A stretch of 64,000 nucleotides of DNA from a bacterium. GTDB lineage: Bacteria; Vulcanimicrobiota; Vulcanimicrobiia; Vulcanimicrobiales; Vulcanimicrobiaceae. Location: positions 5,566 through 69,565 of the forward strand of contig JAJYRH010000010.1 of NCBI GenBank assembly GCA_021794205.1, written 5' to 3'. A program made the position numbers and the translations under genes. The notes beneath the pieces are model-generated. The model had not been told where the DNA came from, did no database searches, and saw only the letters and a program-made list of their open reading frames with translations. This document shows, piece by piece, positions 1 to 9,498 of the stretch (positions are counted from its first letter, which is position 1; the number at the start of each line of letters is the position of its first letter).

Positions 1-1129
1 GCCCGGCGATCATGTTGGTCGCGTGCCCGGTGACCGAGGCCTTGGCGATGCGCTGCACCGGCGAGAACTGCGAGCCGGTGTAGTACTCGGTGATGAACGT
101 GATGAGCCCCGTCACCGCGAGGCCGACGAACGCACTCACGACGATCGCCGTCGGGCTCAGGCTGCTTCCGGCGAAGACGCTCTGCGCGAGGAAGTAAATG
201 CCGATCAGCGAGAGGACGCTGGCGACGACCATTCCGCGATAGAGCGCGCCCATGACTTTGCCCTTCACGACGGTTCCGAGCGTGACGGCGAAGACACCGA
301 CGATCGAAGCGACGATCGATACCGCGCCGATGAGCAGCGGGAAGGTCGGCGCTCCGGGGAGCGAGGAGCCGAAGACGAGGTTGCCGAGCAACATCGCCGC
401 TACGGTGGTCACGCAGTAGGTTTCGAAGAGATCGGCGGCCATACCGGCGCAGTCGCCAACGTTATCACCGACGTTGTCGGCGATCACGGCGGGGTTACGC
501 GGATCGTCCTCGGGGATGCCGGCCTCGACCTTGCCGACGAGATCGGCACCGACATCGGCGGCCTTCGTATAGATTCCACCGCCGAGGCGTGCGAAGACCG
601 AGATCAACGAGCATCCGAAGGCGAGGCCGACCATCGCGTTGAGCGAGGTCGTGACGTCGCCGTTATTCACCTGAAGGAGAATGCCGAAGTATCCCGCGAC
701 TGCGAGCAGGCCGAGCCCGACGACGAGCATGCCGGTGACCGCGCCGCCGCGGAAAGCGACGGCGAGTGCCGGCGCCATGCCGCCTCGCGCGGCTTCGGCG
801 GTACGCACGTTGGCGCGCACCGAGACGAGCATGCCGATAAAACCGGCGGCGCCCGAAAGAATCGCGCCGATCAAAAATCCGATCGCGGCTTCTTTGCCGA
901 GCGTTGGGGCGACGGCGATGACGATTGCCAGAACGATCGCGACGATCGCGACGGTCGTGTACTGCCGTTTGAGGAAGGCCATCGCGCCCTCTTGAATCGC
1001 GGCGGCGATCTCCTTCATGCGGTCGTTCCCCTGCGGGCGCGAGAGAACCCAGAAGATGAGCGCGATGCCGTAGACGACGGCAAGAAGGCCGCCGAGCAGG
1101 GCAATCAGGATCGCTAGCTGTGTGGTCAC
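1..1129 (-). CDS. hppA: Membrane-bound proton/sodium-translocating pyrophosphatase (N-terminal ~376 codons; continues beyond the window start)
   Basis: Minus-strand translation from GTG 1129, with AAGGAAG just upstream, gives [14 protein letters not shown]... It contains [19 protein letters not shown] (reverse complement of ~557-583 and flanks) and DNVGDNVGD (reverse complement of ~452-487), the signature motifs of H+/Na+-PPases. The ORF is absent from the track because it is open at the window edge. Confidence 0.9.
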   Translation of the reverse strand, partial: MTTQLAILIALLGGLLAVVYGIALIFWVLSRPQGNDRMKEIAAAIQEGAMAFLKRQYTTVAIVAIVLAIVIAVAPTLGKEAAIGFLIGAILSGAAGFIGMLVSVRANVRTAEAARGGMAPALAVAFRGGAVTGMLVVGLGLLAVAGYFGILLQVNNGDVTTSLNAMVGLAFGCSLISVFARLGGGIYTKAADVGADLVGKVEAGIPEDDPRNPAVIADNVGDNVGDCAGMAADLFETYCVTTVAAMLLGNLVFGSSLPGAPTFPLLIGAVSIVASIVGVFAVTLGTVVKGKVMGALYRGMVVASVLSLIGIYFLAQSVFAGSSLSPTAIVVSAFVGLAVTGLITFITEYYTGSQFSPVQRIAKASVTGHATNMIAG

Positions 1130-1247
1130 ATTGCTTCCTTTGAATTATAGATAAGAGCGCGGAAAACGGGGCCCCGGTCCGACGGCACGGGGCGCTGGTA
1201 GAGTGGTCGCTCGGCCGCTACGGCGGTACGAGCCGGGAGTCCTCCCT

Positions 1248-1808
1248 TTAGGCGCTCGGCGCCGCCTCGGCGCGCTCGAGAAAGCGCTGGTGCGACTCCG
1301 CGATGACGCGGCGGGCGCTTGCGGCGTCGTGCCATCCCACCACGCGCGTCTGCTTGCCTTCGAGGAGCTTGTAGCTCTCGAAGAAGTGCGAGACTTTTTT
1401 GAGGAGGTGCGGAAAAATCTGCGTGAAGTTGTGGATCTCCTCGAATGCGGGTTCGCCGACAGGGACGGCGAGCACCTTATCGTCCTCCTTGCCCTGGTCG
1501 AACATCTCGAGTAAGCCGATCGGGCGTGCGGCGACCAAACAGCCGGGGAAGGTTGGTTCGATCGTCAAGACGAGCACGTCGAGCGGGTCGTCGTCGAGCG
1601 CGAGCGTTTGCGGAGCGAAGCCGTAGTCGCCGGGGTAGTGGATCGCCGAATGAAGGACGCGGTCGAGGCGAAAGATATCGAGTTCCTTGTCGTATTCATA
1701 TTTATTGCGAGATTTTTCGGGGATCTCGACGACCACGTTGATCTCTTCGGGGGCGCGTAGGCCGAGCGGAAGATCGAGATAATTTCGAGGTATGCGATCC
1801 TTCATCAT
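1248..1808 (-). CDS. ppa: Soluble family I inorganic pyrophosphatase
   Basis: The 186-aa track ORF has EIPEKSRNKYEYD, DGDPLDVLVL-like (DDDPLDVLVL) and DDKVLAV segments typical of family I PPases. Confidence 0.9.
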   Translation of the reverse strand: MMKDRIPRNYLDLPLGLRAPEEINVVVEIPEKSRNKYEYDKELDIFRLDRVLHSAIHYPGDYGFAPQTLALDDDPLDVLVLTIEPTFPGCLVAARPIGLLEMFDQGKEDDKVLAVPVGEPAFEEIHNFTQIFPHLLKKVSHFFESYKLLEGKQTRVVGWHDAASARRVIAESHQRFLERAEAAPSA

Positions 1809-1872
1809 GTGCCCGGAGGTTCTGGTCGGCCTCCGGCGCTACCTGGAACGGAGTGACGCAGGTGCGGCGCGA

Positions 1873-3081
1873 ATGGCAGCATGGATGATCGAGTCGACCG
1901 ACCTGCTTATCGTTGGCTGCGGTCCTGCCGGCGGCGTTGCCGCCCGCGAGGCGGCGTCGCGCGGATTGCGCGTCGTGGTGCTCGAGAAGGATGCCGTCGT
2001 CGGGAGCAAGCGCGTCTGCGCTGCGGGGCTTCGGCCGGGTTTCTGCCGTGAATTCGATCTCCCCGACTCGTTGGTTCATTGCAATACCCCCCGTCTCGCG
2101 CTCTTCGATCCGTATGGCGATGAGTACGCCGTGCGTTTCGGGCCCGGACATACATCGACGCGCGAGGAACTCGATGGAACGATTGCGGCGCGGGCCGTAA
2201 CGGCGGGTGCGGAGATTCGTACGAACGCGCTCTTTCGCGAACTCTCGTCGGAGGGCGGGCGCACGCTCGTCGAATACGCCGACACGGCGCGCGGCGAACG
2301 CCGTCGCATCGCCGCACGGCATGTGTTTCTCGCCCAGGGATCGACGGCGAAATTGGAACGCCATCCGCGATTTGCATTCTCGGGATGGGCGTCGGGATTG
2401 ATGACGACCTTACAGCAACGGTGGTATCTCGCCCGCCCCGCAGCGCCGATCGCCTACGAGACGTTGGAGCTGCACTACTATCCCGCGCGCGACGGGCGCA
2501 CCGTGGTCGCGTGGATGTTTCCCAAACGCGACCATCTCGCTATCGGCTTAGGGATCACCGGTAAGGTTCCGGGTGCCGAGCTTCGCGAGGAACTCGACGA
2601 ATTTGCGGCGCGAACGATCCGTCGCCTCGCTCCGGGGATCGAGGCGCGCGTGAAACTCGAGGGGCACCTGCTCTACGGCGGGATGCCGCGCCCCACCGTT
2701 GGGGCCGATGGTGTCAGTATCGGGGGCACGGCGGCCGGGCTCGTCGACGCCACCAACGGCGAAGGGATCTACGAAGCGGCGACGAGCGGGAGGATGCTCG
2801 CGGATTTCGTGTGGCGCTATCGCGACGACGCGACGCGAGCCTCGGCCGCCTACTCTCGAGCGCTTCACGATCGTTTTTATGCACGGCTCGCACGGCGCGT
2901 GAAATTGATCGAATTTTTGAGCCGCCGTCCGAAGCGATTTCGCTTGCTCTTCGAACAGTTCGCTGCCGCGCCGCGTTTTGCCGAGCTCGTGGCGAACGAA
3001 CGGTTCGACCGTACGTGGGCCGACCGCATCTTTCTTTACGCCCAAGCCGCGCGCTTCGGGGCGAGATCTTTGCTTGCGTAG
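1873..3081 (+). CDS. FAD-dependent oxidoreductase, geranylgeranyl-reductase-like family
   Basis: Rossmann dinucleotide motif DLLIVGCGPAGGVAAREAASRGLRVVVLEKD near the N-terminus. The start is moved to ATG 1873 (in frame with track ORF 1792..3081) to avoid overlap with ppa. Confidence 0.7.
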   Translation: MAAWMIESTDLLIVGCGPAGGVAAREAASRGLRVVVLEKDAVVGSKRVCAAGLRPGFCREFDLPDSLVHCNTPRLALFDPYGDEYAVRFGPGHTSTREELDGTIAARAVTAGAEIRTNALFRELSSEGGRTLVEYADTARGERRRIAARHVFLAQGSTAKLERHPRFAFSGWASGLMTTLQQRWYLARPAAPIAYETLELHYYPARDGRTVVAWMFPKRDHLAIGLGITGKVPGAELREELDEFAARTIRRLAPGIEARVKLEGHLLYGGMPRPTVGADGVSIGGTAAGLVDATNGEGIYEAATSGRMLADFVWRYRDDATRASAAYSRALHDRFYARLARRVKLIEFLSRRPKRFRLLFEQFAAAPRFAELVANERFDRTWADRIFLYAQAARFGARSLLA

Positions 3082-3087
3082 GCCGCG

Positions 3088-3927
3088 ATGTCGGTAATGC
3101 CGATCACCTCGGAACAGTACGCGCGCTTGCGGGATATGATTCGCGAGCGGTTCGGTATTTATTACGACGACACGAAACAGTTTCTCTTACAGAGCAGGCT
3201 GCAGACGCGACTTATTAAATGCCGGGTCGCCGATTTCGACGAGTACTATCGCTATCTGACGATCTCTCCGGAACGAGAGGCGGAGTGGGACGAACTCGCT
3301 TCGGTGCTCTCCAATAACGAGACCTATTTCTTTCGCGAACGCGCCCAACTCGACGTCCTGGCGAGCGAGGTTGTCGACGAGGCTGTGAAAAATCACCGAC
3401 GGCTGCGGATCTGGTCGGCGGCCTGTTCGACGGGAGAAGAACCGTACACGATTGCGATGCTGCTCCTCGCCGGCGGGCGGATCGCGCCCTCGGAGATCGA
3501 TATTCGGGCCGGAGATATCTCGCCCCGTGCGTTGGAGAAAGCGAGGACCGGGTTTTATCGCGAGCTTTCCTTTCGCGCGACGCCGCCGGAGGTGATGGCG
3601 AAGAATTTCCGTCCCTTCGAGAGCGGGTATTTTATCTCCGACGAGATTAAGAAAATGGTCGAGTTCTCGCGCGTCAATCTGCTCGACCAGAAAGCGGTCG
3701 CGGCGTACGGACCGGCCGACGCGATATTCTGTCGAAACGTGCTGATCTATTTCGATAAACCGACGCAGAAGCGGGTGGTCGAGAATTTTGCAAAAGCGCT
3801 GCGGCCGAACGGGTATCTCTTTCTCGGCCATGCCGAATCGATCATCAGGCTCACCGACCTCTACGAGCCGATCGTGACGCCGAAGGCAATCTATTACCGT
3901 TTGCGAGGGAACGATGGCGCGCGTTAA
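3088..3927 (+). CDS. cheR: Chemotaxis protein methyltransferase CheR
   Basis: 279 aa with NETYFFRE and RIWSAACSTGEEPYTIAMLL SAM-methyltransferase motifs characteristic of CheR. Confidence 0.9.
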   Translation: MSVMPITSEQYARLRDMIRERFGIYYDDTKQFLLQSRLQTRLIKCRVADFDEYYRYLTISPEREAEWDELASVLSNNETYFFRERAQLDVLASEVVDEAVKNHRRLRIWSAACSTGEEPYTIAMLLLAGGRIAPSEIDIRAGDISPRALEKARTGFYRELSFRATPPEVMAKNFRPFESGYFISDEIKKMVEFSRVNLLDQKAVAAYGPADAIFCRNVLIYFDKPTQKRVVENFAKALRPNGYLFLGHAESIIRLTDLYEPIVTPKAIYYRLRGNDGAR

Positions 3928-5002
3928 GGTGCTCGTCGTCGACGACTCGGCTTTCATGCGCCAAGCGATCGTCAAGATGCTGGAGGGCAGCGAGGAAATT
4001 GAAGTCGTCGGGACCGCGCGCAGCGGCGAAGAGGGCGTCGCACGTGCGGCCGAACTCGAACCCGACGTGATCACGATGGACGTCGAGATGCCGGGCATCG
4101 GCGGTCTGGAGGCGGTTCGGCTCATTCACGAACGGTCGCGTACGCCGATCATCATGGTGAGCGCGCTCACCCGCGAGGGTGCGGAGACGACCTTCCGCGC
4201 TCTGGAACTCGGAGCGGTCGATTTTATTGCGAAACCCGATAGCGTCTACGCCAATATCAAGGACGTGCAGCGCGATTTGCTGACGAAGATCGCGATCTTC
4301 GGCCGGCGAACCGCGCGCCCCGCACCGGAACGTCGCGCGACGATGCCCGCGCCGGCGCCGGCTCCCGTACCTCCGTCGCCGCCCGCTCCGCCGCGCGCGT
4401 CCCACGAATTTTTCGAATGCACGGCGATCGGCACCTCGACGGGCGGCCCGGTCGCGCTCTCAAAAGTTATTCCGGCACTGCCTGCGAGCTACCCGACGCC
4501 GATTCTTTTGGTGCAGCACATGCCGTTAGGTTTTACTCGACCGCTCGCCGATCGTTTGAACGCACAGAGCTCGTTGCACGTCGTCGAAGCGGCCGAAGGG
4601 ATGATCGTCGCTCGCGGTACCGTCCTGGTCGTGCCCTCGGGAAAACAGCTCGAATTACGGCGATCCTTCGGCGAGATCGTCGTCGCCCTGCGCGAAGACG
4701 ATGGAACTTCGTTACACGTTCCCTCCGTCGACGTGCTCGCGGCGCAGACCGCTGCCGCCTTCGGGGCCGGATCGCTCGGCGTCATCCTCACCGGCATGGG
4801 ACAGGACGGCGTCAAAGGATTGCGCGTGCTCAAGGATCGCGGCGGATACGTTCTCGGGCAGAATGAAGCGACCTGCGTCGTCTACGGGATGCCGCGCGCG
4901 GCCGCCGCGGCGGGGTTGGTCGACCGCGTCGAACCGCTCGAACGCATAGCGCCGTCGTTAGTAGAGCTAACGCATCGCTCGTTTGGTGAGAACGTGCGAT
5001 GA
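3914..5002 (+). CDS. cheB: Chemotaxis response regulator protein-glutamate methylesterase CheB
   Basis: N-terminal receiver domain (VLVVDDSAFMR ... DVEMPGIGG), a Pro/Ala linker, and a C-terminal methylesterase domain (IGTSTGGP ... LTGMGQDG). Confidence 0.9.
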   Translation: MARVKVLVVDDSAFMRQAIVKMLEGSEEIEVVGTARSGEEGVARAAELEPDVITMDVEMPGIGGLEAVRLIHERSRTPIIMVSALTREGAETTFRALELGAVDFIAKPDSVYANIKDVQRDLLTKIAIFGRRTARPAPERRATMPAPAPAPVPPSPPAPPRASHEFFECTAIGTSTGGPVALSKVIPALPASYPTPILLVQHMPLGFTRPLADRLNAQSSLHVVEAAEGMIVARGTVLVVPSGKQLELRRSFGEIVVALREDDGTSLHVPSVDVLAAQTAAAFGAGSLGVILTGMGQDGVKGLRVLKDRGGYVLGQNEATCVVYGMPRAAAAAGLVDRVEPLERIAPSLVELTHRSFGENVR

Positions 5003-5823
5003 CCGATCGTACGTCGGGACGCTACTGCATTGCCGGCGAGATGTACTCGCGCGAAGAACTCATTCACAAATACCTTCACTTGGTGAAATATGTCGCCGGG
5101 CGCATCTCGTCGAACTTGCCGCCGAACGTCGAGATCAACGACCTCATCAACGATGGAATCGTCGGGCTCATCGACGCTATCGAAAAATACGACGACGCGC
5201 GCGGCGTTAAATTTGAGACCTACGCGATCACGCGCATCAACGGAGCGATCCTCGATGCGCTGCGTTCGCTGGATTGGGTGCCTCGTGCCGTGCGACAGCG
5301 CGCGCGCGAGGTCGAGCGCGCGATCGGAGCGTTGGAGGCGCAACTGGGGCGCGTACCCAGCGACGACGAACTCGCCGCGCATCTCGGCGTTCCCCGGCGA
5401 GAGCTCGACGGAATTCTCCAGCGCGTGCGCGGCACGGCTCTGCTCTCGCTCGAAGAATACCTTCCCAACGAGCGCGGGTACGATATTCCGCTCGTCGATA
5501 CGCTGCGGGACGACCTCGCCGATGTCGGCGACGATGTCGAACGCCGGGAGATCGTGCAAGAACTCGTCCGAGCCGTCGATGCGCTGCCGCCGCAAGAACG
5601 TACCGTCATCACGCTCTATTATTTCGAGGGGCAGACGCTCAAAGATATCAAGGGCGCGCTCGGGGTCTCGGAATCGCGGGTCTCGCAGATCCACGCGTCG
5701 GCGGTGATCCACCTGCGGGCAGCCCTCCGTCGGCTACGGGCCGACCTCGGATTTCGCGAAGACGATCCGACGATCAAGCGAAAATATCTCAGGAAGCCGA
5801 GCGTCGAGGCCGAAAACCCGTAA
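4999..5823 (+). CDS. fliA: Flagellar sigma factor, sigma-28 (FliA/WhiG family)
   Basis: Sigma-70 region 2 (DLINDGIVGLIDAIEKYD, FETYAITRINGAILD) and region 4 (LPPQERTVITLYYFEGQTLKDIKGALGVSESRVSQIH). It sits behind cheR-cheB, and its ATG overlaps the cheB stop. Confidence 0.85.
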   Translation: MTDRTSGRYCIAGEMYSREELIHKYLHLVKYVAGRISSNLPPNVEINDLINDGIVGLIDAIEKYDDARGVKFETYAITRINGAILDALRSLDWVPRAVRQRAREVERAIGALEAQLGRVPSDDELAAHLGVPRRELDGILQRVRGTALLSLEEYLPNERGYDIPLVDTLRDDLADVGDDVERREIVQELVRAVDALPPQERTVITLYYFEGQTLKDIKGALGVSESRVSQIHASAVIHLRAALRRLRADLGFREDDPTIKRKYLRKPSVEAENP

Positions 5824-5876
5824 TAGGAGGATCCTCAGGAGGAGTAGAGGAGGCCTCGGAAAGGGAAGAAGGCGGT

Positions 5877-6191
5877 ATGGCTATTCGCCCGGCCGATCTC
5901 CAACTCGCCTACCTGGCTGCTCCGCAAAACGCGGCTATCGTGGCCAACATTGCATTGGCTCCGCAAGCAGCGCAGCAGGCGGCCGCGCTCGCCTTCGCTC
6001 AGCAAGCCACCGAACGCGAAGAATCGATCGCCGAAGCCTCGAGCTCGGAGCACGACGGCGCGGTTCGCGAACGCACCCAAGGCGAGAGCAAGGGCTTCTA
6101 CGAGGCCCCCGAACGCCGCCAGGGCGGCGGAGCCGAGGATGACTCCTCGGACGGCGGCGGAGAGCAACACTTCATCGATACGATGGCGTAG
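5877..6191 (+). CDS. Small acidic hypothetical protein (104 aa) between fliA and fliK-like
   Basis: ATG 5877 is preceded by a purine-rich GGAGGA/GGAAAGGGAAGAAGG tract and lies in frame with the tail of spurious track ORF 5274..6191. No family recognised. Coding status is inferred from position and the RBS only. Confidence 0.4.
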   Translation: MAIRPADLQLAYLAAPQNAAIVANIALAPQAAQQAAALAFAQQATEREESIAEASSSEHDGAVRERTQGESKGFYEAPERRQGGGAEDDSSDGGGEQHFIDTMA

Positions 6192-6197
6192 AGGATC

Positions 6198-8162
6198 GTG
6201 GCGGGCATCGACCCGAGTGCCCTTGCGATGCAGGCGGTGCTCGCGGCCCAAACGTCGATCGCGGAAGCGACGCTCGATCTCGGTGCTATCGCACAGAGCG
6301 TCGTCGCTCAACTCAAGACCGGCGATCTCCTCTCGGCGATCGTTTTGCCCCCTTCGGGCGGCGTCGACCACATCTCGCTCTTCGGTCAATCGCTTCCAGC
6401 ACAACTTCCGCCTGGAATCGCGCCGGGCGAGACGTTGGCGCTTCAAGTGACCGGGTTTTCGCCGACACAGATTTTCGTACGGAATTTGGGGCCGATCGAT
6501 CCGCAGAATCCCCCCGAAACGGCGAACGTCGAGATTCCCCCCGAGAACGCGGCTTCGCTCTCTCAGGCGACGCTGATCGCACGGACGCCCGCTGCGAGCG
6601 CGCCGAGCAATCCGGTGCCGAGCGGGAATGCGTCGGCGAGCGTGGCGGAATCGACGCAACGCTCGGCGATCGCCCCGCCGGTCGAGGTCTTCGTCGCCGC
6701 CTCCGTGCAGCCGTCGCGCCGCGATCTGGCGAGCCCTTCGGTGCAAGAACCCGTCGCGCACGATGGTGCGACGACCGAAGCGGAACCTGCGACGAGCGCG
6801 CCCGCACAGAACGCCGCCCCGTCCGGCGGCGCGGCGCCGAGAGCGGTGCCAGCGCAGCAGCAGATGGCGAATCCAGCGATTGCCTCGGAGTTGGAGGCGC
6901 GGCTGGCGACCGCACGGGGAGCGCGCATTCTGCCGCGTGCGCCGGGGATGCAGGCTCCGGCGGAAGGCACTCCAACGACGAAGGGGCAGAGCGCCGCGCG
7001 CTCCGCTCCGCTCGAGTCACCTCCTCCGCAGATTGCGGCGCGTCTCGTGACGCCGATGACGGAAGAGAACCTTGCGAGCGCGTCGGCACAACCGAGCGCT
7101 CCGACGCCGCCGCCGAGTAGTGAAGAGGCGGTGTTGCTCGCGCGTCTCAATCTTCCGACGACGCCCGCGTTGCTCGCGGCCGCGCGCGCGGCGCAGAATG
7201 CACCCGCGAACCTCGCATCGGCTTTCGCGCGCGCGCAGAACGCGCTCGCGCGCTTCGCATCGCAACCCGCGGTGAGCACGGTGCGAGCCGCGATGGCATT
7301 CGTCAGCTCGCTCGATCCCGCCAATGCAGTAGCGTTACCGCAACAACTCGCCGCATACGTGCGCACGATCCTTAGCTCGACCGAGGGTGCGCTGACGACG
7401 CTCGCCGAGAACCTCGCGACGCTCGAGCCGAACGCCGCGGGGACGCACGTGGCCGGAACGCTCGCGTCGACGCTCGAGGCTGCCGCTGCGTCGCCGCTGC
7501 CCGACGCCGCGCGCGTGGTCGCCGCAACGCAGCGCCCGGGTGAGATCGCCGCACCGCCGCTGCCGACGGTCGCTTCACCGGCGCACGAAGCTGCCGTCGT
7601 CGCGGCGCAGAGCGTCCTGAACCAAGATGTCAAGAGCGCGCTCATCGCGCTCGCGCGCGATCCGCAGAGCGCGGCGATACCCGGTGCCGCGAGCGCGCTC
7701 GGCGATGCGGTCACCGCGATTGCCGCCGCTCAAGTGCACGTGCTGGCGGCGAATGTCGCCGCCGATCCGCGAACCTTGGTTGTACCGCTACCAGTCTTCT
7801 TTCGCGAAGGTGGTGCGGCGACGCAACTGCGCATCGGTCGCGACGCACCCGGTTCGCAGAACGCGATGAACGCCGATAATTTCACGCTCGGATTTTTGCT
7901 CGATACGAAGACGCTGGGAACCGTCGCCATCGAGATCGAGACGAGCGGTCGCGCGGTGAGCGTGAAGGTGAAGACCGAACGCGATGGCGCTGCAAAACGT
8001 TTTCGCGAGTCGTTCGTTGCGTTGCGCGATCGCTTCGAAGCGCTCCGTTATCGCGTCGCGACGATGCAGGCCGCCGTCGCCGCGCGGAGCATGCCGCCCG
8101 TTCCCGGAAAGGCGAAGCCGGAGGGAGCTGCGCCGCGATCTCACCTCGACGCGCAGGCATGA
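6198..8162 (+). CDS. fliK: Flagellar hook-length control protein FliK-like (Ala/Pro-rich, 654 aa)
   Basis: A long low-complexity A/P/S region is followed by a C-terminal segment (LVVPLPVFFREGG..TQLRIGRD ... LGTVAIEIETSGRAVSVKVKTERDGAAKRFRESFVALRDRF) resembling the FliK C-terminal Flg_hook domain. It is followed by a translationally coupled FlhB-C-like gene. Confidence 0.6.
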   Translation: MAGIDPSALAMQAVLAAQTSIAEATLDLGAIAQSVVAQLKTGDLLSAIVLPPSGGVDHISLFGQSLPAQLPPGIAPGETLALQVTGFSPTQIFVRNLGPIDPQNPPETANVEIPPENAASLSQATLIARTPAASAPSNPVPSGNASASVAESTQRSAIAPPVEVFVAASVQPSRRDLASPSVQEPVAHDGATTEAEPATSAPAQNAAPSGGAAPRAVPAQQQMANPAIASELEARLATARGARILPRAPGMQAPAEGTPTTKGQSAARSAPLESPPPQIAARLVTPMTEENLASASAQPSAPTPPPSSEEAVLLARLNLPTTPALLAAARAAQNAPANLASAFARAQNALARFASQPAVSTVRAAMAFVSSLDPANAVALPQQLAAYVRTILSSTEGALTTLAENLATLEPNAAGTHVAGTLASTLEAAAASPLPDAARVVAATQRPGEIAAPPLPTVASPAHEAAVVAAQSVLNQDVKSALIALARDPQSAAIPGAASALGDAVTAIAAAQVHVLAANVAADPRTLVVPLPVFFREGGAATQLRIGRDAPGSQNAMNADNFTLGFLLDTKTLGTVAIEIETSGRAVSVKVKTERDGAAKRFRESFVALRDRFEALRYRVATMQAAVAARSMPPVPGKAKPEGAAPRSHLDAQA

Positions 8163-8452
8163 GCCGCTTTTTCGATTTTCGCAAACGACGCTTCACGCGG
8201 CCGGCGGCAGCGGCGCTCCAATACGATCCGCTGAAGCCCGCCCCGCCGGTCGTACTCGCCTCGGGGAAGGGGCGCGTCGCCGAAGAGATCGTGCGGATCG
8301 CCCGGGAGCGCGGAATTCCGCTCTTTGAGGACGCCGCGCTCGCCGATGCGCTCTCACGGCTCGAACTCAACGAGAGCATCCCGCCGGAGCTCTATGCCGT
8401 CGTTGCGGAGGTCTTGGTCTTCGTCTATCGGCTCGACGCACGTAGGGCATAA
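8159..8452 (+). CDS. FlhB C-terminal-domain-like protein (EscU/YscU/HrcU family, standalone)
   Basis: 97 aa. PPVVLASGKGRVAEEIVRIARERGIPLFEDAALADAL ... IPPELYAVVAEVLVFVY matches the cytoplasmic C-terminal domain of FlhB. The ATG overlaps the fliK-like stop (ATGA). Confidence 0.75.
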   Translation: MSRFFDFRKRRFTRPAAAALQYDPLKPAPPVVLASGKGRVAEEIVRIARERGIPLFEDAALADALSRLELNESIPPELYAVVAEVLVFVYRLDARRA

Positions 8453-8494
8453 TATCGAACAGGAGTTCGATAGAAACCCACGAAGTCGGGGCCT

Positions 8495-9406
8495 ATGAGT
8501 TGGATTGGTCGCCTCGGCGATCGGCTGAAAAAAGCGGGAAGAAGCTTCGCCGAGGTACTCGCGCTCGGGCAATCGGAACGCCCGCTCGACGAGGCGTTCT
8601 GGGAGGAGTTCGAAGAAGCGCTGCTCGCCGCCGATCTCGGCGTCGGGACGACCGAGCGGATTCTCGACGGGCTTCGCACGGTCGCGCGGCAGGAAGGCTG
8701 GCACACGGCGGATCGGGCGATCGAACGATTTCGGCGCGACGTCGATCGCTTTCTCGATCTTCCCGGGGGCCCGATTCTTCTGGAGCATCAACCGACCGTC
8801 GTTCTCGTCGTCGGGGTCAACGGCACCGGCAAAACGACGAGCATCGGCAAACTCGCGGCGCGTTTCAGCGCGCAAGGGAAACGCGTCCTGCTCGTCGCCG
8901 GCGATACCTTTCGGGCCGCCGCCGCCGAGCAGCTCGCCATCTGGGCCGAACGGAGCGGCGCCCAGATCGTGCGCGGCCCGGAGAACGGCGATCCCGCAGC
9001 GGTCGTCTTCGACGGAATCACGGCGGGAATCGCTCGCGGCGTCGATCTCATTTTCGTCGACACCGCCGGGCGATTGCAGACGAAAAACAATCTCATGGAA
9101 GAGCTCAAGAAAATTCGCCGCGTCACCGAACGCGCTCTCGGGCGCCCTCCCGACCGGACTTTGCTCGTCGTCGATGCGACGACCGGCCAGAACGCGATCT
9201 CTCAAGCGATGCTCTTCAATGAGGTCACCCCGTTGGATGGGCTGATCGTGACCAAGCTCGATTCAACGGCGAAGGGTGGCGTCGTTCTCGGCGTCGTCGA
9301 GCGAATCGAGCGCCCGATCGCCTACGTCGGCCTCGGCGAGGGGATCGAGCAACTCGAGCCCTTCGAAGCCCGCGAATTCGTTGCCAGTCTCTTCAATCCG
9401 CAATAA
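8495..9406 (+). CDS. ftsY: Signal recognition particle receptor FtsY
   Basis: NG domain motifs [33 protein letters not shown] and [10 protein letters not shown]. Confidence 0.9.
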   Translation: MSWIGRLGDRLKKAGRSFAEVLALGQSERPLDEAFWEEFEEALLAADLGVGTTERILDGLRTVARQEGWHTADRAIERFRRDVDRFLDLPGGPILLEHQPTVVLVVGVNGTGKTTSIGKLAARFSAQGKRVLLVAGDTFRAAAAEQLAIWAERSGAQIVRGPENGDPAAVVFDGITAGIARGVDLIFVDTAGRLQTKNNLMEELKKIRRVTERALGRPPDRTLLVVDATTGQNAISQAMLFNEVTPLDGLIVTKLDSTAKGGVVLGVVERIERPIAYVGLGEGIEQLEPFEAREFVASLFNPQ

Positions 9407-9498
9407 AGAGTGCCACCCCCTTGGCAGAGTGCCTATCTAGAGTGAATGAAAGAACGGACCGCTTTACCAGCATCGTGAGCAAGAAAGAGAGAACCGAC

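Noticed and set aside
23-1117. 364-aa plus-strand ORF covering most of the first kilobase
   Set aside because: It is the antisense shadow of the pyrophosphatase gene. Its product is Arg/Asp/Glu/Gly-rich with no motifs, whereas the minus strand carries unmistakable H+-PPase signatures.
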